A stretch of DNA of 36,001 nt, from contig CALEIW010000051.1 of NCBI GenBank assembly GCA_937876055.1, positions 1 through 36,001 on the forward strand, written 5' to 3'. Below are positions 1 to 9,900 of the stretch, in pieces. The translations under genes were made by a program, and so were the position numbers. This DNA is from an uncultured euryarchaeote (GTDB taxonomy: Archaea > Thermoplasmatota > Poseidoniia > Poseidoniales > Thalassarchaeaceae). Each line of letters starts with the position of its first letter. Within the stretch, counting starts at the first letter, position 1. The notes under the pieces were generated by a model. It did no database searches, was not told the origin of the DNA, and worked only from the letters and a program-made list of their open reading frames with translations.

Positions 1-336
1 GAGCGATGAAGAATTCACTCTTGAATGGAAAATCTATGGTTGGAAATAACACATATTCAATTTTCAATGTTGGGCCAACGTTTCTGTAGTGGCCATTTAG
101 AGTACCCTATGCAGCAGATACGAATCATAGGGCTACCCAGCCAACCCTATGTTTCATATGCGGGTCAATGGGTAGCGAATAGAATAGCCCCATTCCATTG
201 GGCATTACAATGAGGCCCAGTCTATTGATCCGTGATTGACACGGTTAGATGGGCTTCCCAGTTAACCTACCCAGATGCACAACTACCCACATACTGAGGC
301 CCATTAAACTCGCTATGGATTATGATTCTGGGTCAA

Positions 337-939
337 TTATGCCCCAAATTCCCAAAAAAAGACAGCATATATCAAGTTGATTAGAAACCATATCGTTGTA
401 CTGATAAAGAGGTAGGCTACACCCTTGGCAAGGATACTTGGTTTCCAGACCTCTGGATGGGAGGAGTCCACTTTTTCTTCGATGGGCGAATTTTCAAAAC
501 TATCACCGCCAATTTGTTTTTTGTTGACCAATATTTTTGCCTTAACAGAAAACATAGTTGCCCGGAACCTAATATCGACTGTGTCTCCAGTATCGTCCAA
601 TTCTGTACTGAGCAATATCTCCCCTCGGGGTACGAATTTACTAGCTCCTTCATCAGTCTCGTCTCTCAATTCGCCATCGATGTATAGCCTGGCAACACCT
701 TTGCCATAGGTTTCGTTTGTCACCCTTATTTCGCGTCCCTCGTATTCAGCGGACCACTCCTGGCTCAATAGGTTACGAGACTCGGATTTAACGGCCCCTC
801 CCTCATCTTCAATGACCCACCAAACATCTTCCGCATTCGCTTTGTGTTTGTAGCAGACCGGACTATTGTACATTCGAGGCCTCTCGCATCCCTCGATGTG
901 GCAAGGCCCGCCCACGGCCATAAAATGACATCTTAGCAC
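337..939 (-). CDS. hypothetical protein with N-terminal Cys/His cluster and C-terminal transmembrane anchor
   Basis: 200-aa ORF. The N-terminus CHFMAVGGPCHIEGCERPRMYNSPVCYKHK looks like a zinc-binding cluster. The C-terminus GVAYLFISTTIWFLINLIYAVFFW is a hydrophobic helix. No family recognised. Confidence 0.5.
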   Translation of the reverse strand: MLRCHFMAVGGPCHIEGCERPRMYNSPVCYKHKANAEDVWWVIEDEGGAVKSESRNLLSQEWSAEYEGREIRVTNETYGKGVARLYIDGELRDETDEGASKFVPRGEILLSTELDDTGDTVDIRFRATMFSVKAKILVNKKQIGGDSFENSPIEEKVDSSHPEVWKPSILAKGVAYLFISTTIWFLINLIYAVFFWEFGA

Positions 940-1002
940 GAATATTCAAGTTTGTCCCGTCACAAAGTAACCGTAATACTCAGGGGCATCATATTCCCTA
1001 CC

Positions 1003-1479
1003 CTATGATTCGTACTCGTTCCTCTCACCAGGATTGTCACTGAAGTACTGGACAAATTCATACTCATTACCGTCGTGATCGAAGAAGTAGTAGCGGTGTC
1101 TGTGAGGATGGTCTAGGTAGGTAGCTCCTTGTTTGTAACCGGCCTCAATCATACGCTCAGCTAACGCCGCTCCATCGCTGACCACGAATCCCATATGGTT
1201 CATCCCAGGATGAACGTACGGCTGATGTGGCCCTTTCTCAGTAGCCCCACGGTCTTCTATGCAAAGGTAGGAATCCTCGGTACCAATATGCACCCAGCGC
1301 TGTGCTTTCTGCCCCCCTCCTTCTCCTCTAATACTGAATTCCGGCATTGCGGTCTGAAGAAAACGGATGGTCTCATCCACATCTGTGGATGTCATGTTCA
1401 GGTGCTCTAGGAACGGCTTCATGGAATTGTGAGAGTCAATCCGACTTATTTTGCCATCGGTATCTATTGTTGTAATCAC
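1003..1479 (-). CDS. glyoxalase/bleomycin-resistance/dioxygenase (VOC) family protein
   Basis: MKPFLEHLNMTSTDVDETIRFL...HIGTEDSYLCIED...HMGFVVSD fits the VOC beta-alpha-beta-beta-beta pattern. The GTG start at 1479 overlaps the maeB stop by 4 nt. An alternative ATG at 1422 places the VOC motif at the N-terminus. Confidence 0.75.
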   Translation of the reverse strand: MITTIDTDGKISRIDSHNSMKPFLEHLNMTSTDVDETIRFLQTAMPEFSIRGEGGGQKAQRWVHIGTEDSYLCIEDRGATEKGPHQPYVHPGMNHMGFVVSDGAALAERMIEAGYKQGATYLDHPHRHRYYFFDHDGNEYEFVQYFSDNPGERNEYES

Positions 1480-3758
1480 AAACGCTGTCTTGCGTGCCTT
1501 TGTGCATCAACGGCAGTTATTGCGGCCATGTGTACGACTTGCCTAACCGAGTCACCTCGCTGCAGAACGTGAGCAGGCTTGGCTAGACCTTCTAGAATTG
1601 GCCCAGTCATTTCTGCGCCTGCAACCCTCTGAAGCAATTTGTAGGCAATATTTGCCGAAGCCAGGTTAGGGCAAACCAATACATTTGCAGGCCCGTCAAA
1701 TTCCATGAATGGGAACTCGTTTTGACGGTCTGGAACAAGAGCGGTATCTGCCTGCATCGGGCCATCGATAACTAGACCGCGTTCTAATTCACGAGCCATT
1801 GCGATGGCTTCTTCGATTCGGTCAGTACGCAATTCGTTTGAGGTACCAAAGTTGGAGAATGAAAGCATAGCAACCTTTGGACTAACTCCAAATCTTCGAG
1901 CAACCTTAGCGGTTTGAATAGCAATTTCTGCAAGTGTTCTTGCATCTGGATAGATGTTTATTGTTGCATCTGCAATGAACATCAATTGACCATTTACAGT
2001 CATCATGTATAGACCCACAATTCGATGAGAAGAAGGGTCAGGGCCAATTGTTTGCAGGCAGGGCTTTACGATATCTGGATAGTTATGAGCGATGCCCCCA
2101 AGATACCCGTCAGCGTCTCCGCAGTGCACCATCATTGGGCCAAAGTAATTTGGTGATTTCAATTGGTTAATCGCATCCCTTCGTGTTAGTCCTTTACGTC
2201 CACGAAGTTTGTGTAATTCGTCTGCATAATCCCCACGCCTGCGAGGGTCGTATCTAACGTCGATAATTTCGCAATCAAAAGTTAGTCCAAGTTCTTCTTT
2301 TACGGCTTCAATACGCTCAGGGTGACCTAGAAGGATTGGTTCGCATATTCCCTCGACAATACATTGAGCCGCAGCCTTGATGATAGTCGGCTCTTCACCT
2401 TCGGAGAAGACAATTTTCTTCTTGTCTTTCCTCGCTTGATTGATTACGTGTCGCATAATTGAACGAGTTAATCCTAACCTTGCCTCAAGGTCCTCTCTGT
2501 ACTTCTGAACGTCGAATTCCTCAGCACTAATTCGAGCCATTCCCTCGTCGACAGCTGCTTGTGCTACTGCGCTGGCTTCCCAAATTAGTACACGTGCATC
2601 GAATGGTTTTGGAATTAGATATTCAGGTCCAAATTGCATTTGTTCTCCTGCATAGGCAGCGGCTACCTCGTCCGGTACAGGCTCCTTTGCCAAAGCCGCC
2701 AGAGCCTTGGTTGCGGCCATTTTCATTCCTTCTGTGATTTCTGTAGCACGCACGTCCAGTGCGCCACGGAAGATGTAAGGGAATCCGAGTACGTTGTTAA
2801 TTTGGTTGGGGAAGTCTGACCGCCCTGTCGCGATTATAGCATCATCACGAACCGCTTGCACATCGGTTGGTAGAATCTCAGGGTCAGGGTTTGCGAGAGC
2901 GAAAATCAATGGTCGCTCAGACATAGATTCGACCATCTCTCCCGAGACTAGTCCTCCCTTAGACAGGCCAAGGAATACATCTGCATCGACCATTGCCTCG
3001 GCTAATCCGCCTTCTTCAACATCCCTCGCAAAGGCGAGTTTGTATTCATTTAACTCACCATTTTCGCCTCGTGATTTGGTGAGGATTCCCTTGCTATCGC
3101 ACATCAGCAAATTATCCGCACTAATCCCTAGACGAAGGTAGTGTTGAGCGCAAGAAATTGCGCTCGCACCAGCGCCAGAAATCACTACTTTGACTTCTGA
3201 GACATCCTTCTCGACAACTTCCAATCCGTTGATTAGAGCAGCACCAGAAATAATTGCGGTACCATGCTGATCATCATGCATAACTGGAATATCTAATTCT
3301 GCGACGAGCCTACGTTCGATTTCGAAGCATTCTGGTGCCTTGATATCCTCAAGGTTGATTCCTCCGAAAGTAGGAGCAATCGCCTTTACCGCTTCGACAA
3401 ATTCGTCGACATCAGTTCTGTCGACCTCGATGTCAAAAACATCAATGTCGGCGAATGCCTTGAACAAGAGGCCCTTTCCTTCCATAACCGGTTTTCCGGC
3501 AAGTGCACCAATATCTCCCAAACCAAGAACTGCAGTACCATTACTGACAACTGCCACTAAATTCCCTTTGGATGTGTACTTGTAGGCATCATCTGGGTTC
3601 TCTGCAATCTCTTCGCAAGGATATGCAACACCTGGAGAATAAGCCAGCGAAAGCTCACGAGCAGTTCCGTGTGGTTTTGTCGGCTCAACTCGGATTTTTC
3701 CTGCTGGTTCAGCAGCGTGGTATTCCAACGCCTCCTCCCGCAGTCTGTCCTCGACCAT
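1476..3758 (-). CDS. maeB: NADP-dependent malic enzyme, MaeB type (malic enzyme domain plus C-terminal phosphotransacetylase-like domain)
   Basis: The N-terminus [29 protein letters not shown]...[10 protein letters not shown] aligns with the E. coli MaeB N-terminus as I recall it. There is an NAD(P) Rossmann motif VISGAGASA and a long PTA-like C-terminal half. The ORF extends to 3785, but the ATG at 3758 matches the family N-terminus. Confidence 0.95.
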   Translation of the reverse strand: MVEDRLREEALEYHAAEPAGKIRVEPTKPHGTARELSLAYSPGVAYPCEEIAENPDDAYKYTSKGNLVAVVSNGTAVLGLGDIGALAGKPVMEGKGLLFKAFADIDVFDIEVDRTDVDEFVEAVKAIAPTFGGINLEDIKAPECFEIERRLVAELDIPVMHDDQHGTAIISGAALINGLEVVEKDVSEVKVVISGAGASAISCAQHYLRLGISADNLLMCDSKGILTKSRGENGELNEYKLAFARDVEEGGLAEAMVDADVFLGLSKGGLVSGEMVESMSERPLIFALANPDPEILPTDVQAVRDDAIIATGRSDFPNQINNVLGFPYIFRGALDVRATEITEGMKMAATKALAALAKEPVPDEVAAAYAGEQMQFGPEYLIPKPFDARVLIWEASAVAQAAVDEGMARISAEEFDVQKYREDLEARLGLTRSIMRHVINQARKDKKKIVFSEGEEPTIIKAAAQCIVEGICEPILLGHPERIEAVKEELGLTFDCEIIDVRYDPRRRGDYADELHKLRGRKGLTRRDAINQLKSPNYFGPMMVHCGDADGYLGGIAHNYPDIVKPCLQTIGPDPSSHRIVGLYMMTVNGQLMFIADATINIYPDARTLAEIAIQTAKVARRFGVSPKVAMLSFSNFGTSNELRTDRIEEAIAMARELERGLVIDGPMQADTALVPDRQNEFPFMEFDGPANVLVCPNLASANIAYKLLQRVAGAEMTGPILEGLAKPAHVLQRGDSVRQVVHMAAITAVDAQRHARQRL

Positions 3759-3862
3759 GCCTACTCCTCGAGAACCTTCGGGCAATGCCCCCCTCTTTGA
3801 TGCTATCCTACAGAATTCGAGTGTTTTATCGGCCTTTGGAAATGCGCTTTCAATAATCTCTA

Positions 3863-3880
3863 CTCCCTCCTTAGAGGGAG
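3863..3880. promoter_or_regulatory. perfect 7-bp inverted repeat (CTCCCTC ctta GAGGGAG) in the divergent maeB/giant-gene intergenic region
   Basis: Read directly: 3863-3869 is complementary to 3874-3880, and it sits about 67 nt upstream of the ATG at 3947. Function unknown; it could be an operator or a leader hairpin. Confidence 0.3.
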
Positions 3881-3946
3881 AATCATGTATAACTCAACAA
3901 ACCCACCCTTTCTTAATGGGTAGAAGTAGGCCGATGGTTCGTAGTC

Positions 3947-6900
3947 ATGTCTAATCCACGTCAACTGCTGAGCAAGCGCAAGTCTGCCTTGCTTCTTGCA
4001 ACATTGATGGTTTTGTTGCCTTGGTCTGCATATTCTGACGTGAATCAGTTAGAATCAGAGCAAGAAATTCGTGAGGTTTCGCAGGCTGCATGGGGCGCCT
4101 CAGGAAGTAACGACACCGGATGGATTGATTTGGTGGCTACCGGAGCCGATCCGGATAATGGCAGCTATGCATATAGCGACTTATTCCTACCATTTGCTCC
4201 AGGGGCACAAATTTCGAATCTAACCTTTGAAATCGCAGTAAATGGCTCTGCAGGATACTGGGCAAATGAACCTCAGATAACTCTCATGGATACTCAAACT
4301 CCTATCCTTGATTGGAGAGGTTATGGTGACATCGGTCAGCAGAATGAGATGCAGAACAACCCGCCTAGTGTTCTGAACGGTACTCTAAGCACTTATCTGA
4401 AACCGAACTCAATCTCTGATGCCTCATGGGAATTGCCAGCCGGAGCAACACTAACTGACATGGTAATCGAGGCATTAAGGCCGGCTGACCCAATGGTTTC
4501 CTATTCAGCAGTCGACATACATATTCACGACTCCGCGGTAAATCCGAATGATGGCCGATTGTACATATTGTTGGATGACGACCTTCTACACCTAGACGCT
4601 CGTTCTCAGAAACCAATCGTGGATATTGAAACTGGAATCACCGGAAGGTCGCTAGCGATAGACAGTGATGCTGGAACTTTACTTATTGGAACTGAAGATG
4701 GTTCGGTTCTTTCACGTAGTTTATTCGATTCCTCAGAAATGCCGAATCTAAGGGAACCAACCGGTTTACAAAACGCAGGAATCTATTCAATATCGGTCGA
4801 TGATTACGGGACGATCTGGGCTGCTGGAAATTGTAGCATTCACTTCAAGCCGATTGGAGAAGAAGTCTGGAGTGAGTATGATTACTGTCCGACGATAAAC
4901 ATTGAAACTCCATCTGACATGATGATAATTGGCGACAGTGTTTACTTGGCGACAACAAATGCTGGAGTTCACATTCTCAATTACATTACTTCTTCTTCGT
5001 CAGGAAGTGTTTCTGTATCTGTCGATTCACAAACAGATTGGAGCACTCAGAATTTCCTCTCCTCGGACCAAATCACCGAGCTTGAGGTTGTCGGCAATCA
5101 TCTGCTAATCGCAACCGCTGATTCAGGTATCAACCGCAGGGACTTAACCGCACAATCGTGGATAGCCACATGGTCAACAAATAACTGGTTGGCTTCCAAT
5201 CAGATTCACGGCCTATCTCTGACACCAGGTTGGCTACATATTCTCGCAGGTACCACCGTTCATGCTTACGATACCAATTCGTTAATCTTCCAATCTCAGA
5301 ATCAGCTGTCACAACTTGGTTTGTATGGAAATGGCGCAATGGCCATCGCTTGGCCAGCACACCCATCTCGTGGACCAATCTCCTCCACCGCTCTGTTTAG
5401 TGATGATTCAGGAACTCTTGGAATGCAGATTGCTGAAAATCCCACTGGCACATTGACTCTAGTTAGTGGGCCTTCTATCGATGGAATGGATGTAGTATCT
5501 CGTATCGATGATGGAGAGAGTGGAGAGATTTGGGTTGCAAGTGGTAGAATAATCGATCGATACGATGAAGCGGATCGTGCTTGGAAGACTCCAATCGATA
5601 TCCGCGATTATGTGAGCAATCCTGGTCAAATCGTTGCTATTCAACAAGATGACAACGAAAATGTTTGGATTGGAACAAGCAATGCTGGAGTTTTGAGGTT
5701 AGAAAATACCGATGGAAGTTACATCGGAACCGTATCCGGGTTGAGCTCAAACGACGTTAGTTCCTTGGCCTTTGACGATACAAATGGCTACTTGGTAGTC
5801 GGCCATAGCCAATCTGGAATATCTATTATCGATACCAATCAGATGACACTAGTGGATACTATCACCACTTCGGATGGTCTAGATTCTGACTTCGTTAATT
5901 CGGTTGCCACTAGATTTGGAATAGCATACATGGCCACTCCTGACAAGGGAGTTATGCGAGTTGAATTATCCACTTCGACCATCATCGGCTCTTGGCAATC
6001 ACTTGGCGCCGATGATTTGGATGCAACACCGGTTGCAGTTGATGGCGATGTGGTATACATTGGATTGTACGAGTTTGGAATACTTGTTGTAGACAGGCTA
6101 ACCGGTGATATTTCCGACCTTTGGAATCAGGACACAAACTCGCTTCCAGATGATGATGTTTTATCTCTAGAGATGGATGATTTCGGAGGCCTATTGGTCG
6201 GCTCACAAGGATCTTTCTCGCGCTATGATGGTAGCACTTGGACTACATTGACAACCAGTGGTTCATGGTGGAATCGACCTAGTGTGTTCTATGATGTAAC
6301 AAGCGATGGAGATGGTCTCTACGCTGGCACAAATAGAGGGGCCTGTAAATGGAATTGGCAATATCAATTCCAAGATTGTGTAAGTTCCGGCGATGGCCTC
6401 GAAAGCCGCTTCGTGTACACAATCGAGATGCTCGCGCCCGACAGAGCATACACAGGAGGAAACCAAGGTGCTGGTATCGTAAACATGGACAACTTCAGCG
6501 TAATTGAGACTTGGACTGCAGGTGACGATACCCAGCGAGCTCGCACAGTCAAAGTTGACGACATCCTTTACCTTGGATTCGAAAACACGGGTATAGCTCG
6601 TTATGACTTAATCAACAATGAATGGCTAACGACTTGGGATGGCGATCAAGGATACATCAATGATGATGACGTAACCGCTCTAGTACCCGGGCAGACTTAT
6701 GGTACCATTTGGGCCGGTGGTGACTTTGGACTTACTCTAATCGATGTCATCAATGATGTAGTGCTCATCTCATGGGATAGAGGGTCGAATCCAAATGGTC
6801 CTACCCTTTCCAATTCAATACCCGCTGACATAGAGATATACGGCGACATTTTGCATTACTCCACCCAGCGTTCAACCAGTTGGTGGGGCGGTGGTTCTGA

Positions 6901-9900
6901 TAGTATCTACCGTATCAATCTGACAACTAATACTAGCCTGACAGCCATAGAGGTTGACGACCGTACAGGTTGGAATGGAGTAATCAATGGAATTGGAATA
7001 GTTGATGACCAATTGTGGATTGGTATTCGGCCAACCCAGACTTGGAATGATGGAGATGGAACAATCGTTCGCTGGAACATGACCAATGAGTCATGGGAAG
7101 ATGATCTGTCAACCATAGGTAATGTATTGCGAGTAAATGCAAGATTCCTTGGTGAGTGCTTCCCGCTAAATACAAGCTCATGCGAATTATGGGTGGCCTA
7201 TGGAAACTTCATCCTAAGGAGATTCAATGCAGACACAATGACATTACTAGATGAGTGGACGGACGTAGATGGTCCAATCCGTGGAATGGAAGAATACCAA
7301 GGAGAATATCTCTTCGCTAGTATGAACGGTATCCTAAGATGGGATCCAGTAAACGAAACTTGGCTTGATTCATGGACTCCAGGTGATGGTTTACCATCGA
7401 ATACAGAAGAGGAATTCTATTCGATGAAAGTCATCGGTACCGACCTATGGGTTGGAAATATGGAATCCAGTGGATGGAACTCAAATGCTCAGATATTGAG
7501 AAAGGATGGAACGACTGGCAATTGGTCTTCTTGGGATTTAGGGACTGGAGATATACCAGGTGGATATGCAGCCGACATCGGCATCTGCGATGACATCGTG
7601 CACGTTGCTATAGGTGCGCGATTTTGGTGGGGAAATCAAGGTGGTGTAGCCCGATATGACCTCGTAGACCATGATTCAGACTCAATTACCAACGAATGGA
7701 TTAGTGCGATGACCTCTGGTAGCTCTGGACTATCCAATAATGATCCTAGAGCAGTGACTTGTGACGAAGCCAACGAGATCCTCTACATCGCTTACGACAC
7801 AGAAGGAGTCGGGATTGATCGATACAACTACAATACTGACACATATCTTTCGATACTCACTGCCGCAGATGGAATAAGCGAGGACAGAATTTTCCCTGGT
7901 GGATTATTACATGACAACAACGTTCTCTTGGCCGCACATCAATACGACAACCAAGGCGGAATCTCTCGACTGATAACTTCTGGAACCGCAACCGCCAATG
8001 GTCAGGTTCTAGATCCAGGAATGGACGGCTGTTCGATAGATAGGGCTCCTTCGTCAACAGGTCAGGTAATCTATGCGATTGGAAGGTCAGGACAAACAAC
8101 AGGCCTGAACAGAGTCGATAGATTGGATAGTTCGGGATTGATTGCAAGTGGTTATGATGAATTGGCCGGACTAACCAGCGGTCGTGTTTTGGAAATAATC
8201 TCTAACGATACTCATGTATGGGTCACCTCAGCATTGGATTCTAGTTCATTTCACGGCTCTTCTATCCTTCAAGGAGAAATTCTAGCAAATGGTTCGGTTA
8301 GGTGGGAATATGGTTACAATTTCCAACAAGATGTAGTCAATGAAATGACCTTGGATGGAGAGACTCTGTGGGTAACCACAGCCGGCCGCGGACTCAAGGC
8401 GATTGACCTAAAGCAACGCCGCATAGTGTCCACTCCTCCCGCGCTTCACGCCCAGATGGATGGGATGATAATTCAGAATAACACAATGTATGTTGGACTA
8501 ATGGGCAATGAAGGCTCAGCGGCCGGATTCCAAACTTTTGATACCAACAACCGGCAATGGGGATATGGAAGCCTAATTGCAGGATTACCAAGCAATCTCG
8601 TGCGTGATTTCATGGTCTACGGAGACCATATCATGATAGCAACTCATGGTGGAATTGGAATGTACAATACCACCCGTGATGATTGGGATAATCCGATTAC
8701 TACGATAGATGGATTGCCTTCTCCAATCATCACTCACTTACACTCAATCAATACTACGATTCAGGGCGGAGGTAAGGTTCTGGCTGGTGGTGCTGCTGGA
8801 GTTACCGTCCTGCATGAATCGAATCTAACAGTACTCAATACACTGGGATTCAATGATGGCTTGATGGGTAACACCGTAAGCGGCATTACAGAAGCGGGAC
8901 CTATATCACGCGTCGTTCAGAATCCTGATGGAACAAATTCCACAATTTATCACGACGCGGCGATATTCATTTCTCACAATGGCCAAGGTCCAACTAGACC
9001 AGGAGTAGCTGCTTGGGACTTGGCCACCGATATGGCAAATGGCACCTACAATATCGATATGATTCCAAGTAACGATGTTCGAGCAATTGTTGCCGATGAT
9101 TGGGGAGTTCACGTTGCTACCGATGTTGCTCCTTTGGTACATTGGAATGGTAGCATGATGCAAATGGAGACAGGAGTTAGTACCAGTTCTCTACTATCTT
9201 GGCCTCCGTACGAAATGCACAGTGATGGCCAATATCTTGTAGTTATGAGTCCAAGAGGGCTTGATGTTGTAGATGTAGTCGGAAGACATGAGGTAGTCAG
9301 TAACCGAGTGATAACCGGACTTCAGGGAGGTCACATCGACTTCAGTGGATTCTATGCTGTAGGAAATGATGGTCTTCATGTTTACAAGCCAACTGTTAGT
9401 TTGCAAGAGACAGCGAGAGAGAACCAACGCCGTGCAGATCCGTTGACCTTGTTGTACAGTGGCCGAACATGGGATATCACAAATACAACTCACCCAGGAA
9501 TGGCAACAGTACTAGTCACCCCTGACAATCCTATTCAGATTCCTGAAAGCTCCAGCACTTCAGCACCAGGAACACTTCCAATGCATGTCGAAACTATGAC
9601 CATGTTAGCACCTCAAAGAGGCGCATGGGTTTGGGCTCGCTCAACTTCACTAAACTATACTGGAAGTTGGGATTTAGCCGCCAGCAATGGGGGAATTCAA
9701 CAGGCCTTCCAATCGGCAATCTCTGCGGTAGGTCCTGGAACATCATCTGCGATTTTACATGTCCAAATGCAGTCCCCCCAAGATGGAGCAATGCAGGTTC
9801 GCATAACTTACGATTGGGAACGAATCGAGGTTCCAACCGTAATTACCAATTTAGTCGATAGACCAAATGATGGCGGAGGTGTAATCGAGGCCTCTTGGTT

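Noticed and set aside
25-213. 62-aa ORF at the left edge
   Set aside because: It has no motif and spans the repeat-motif-dense region. It is more likely non-coding.
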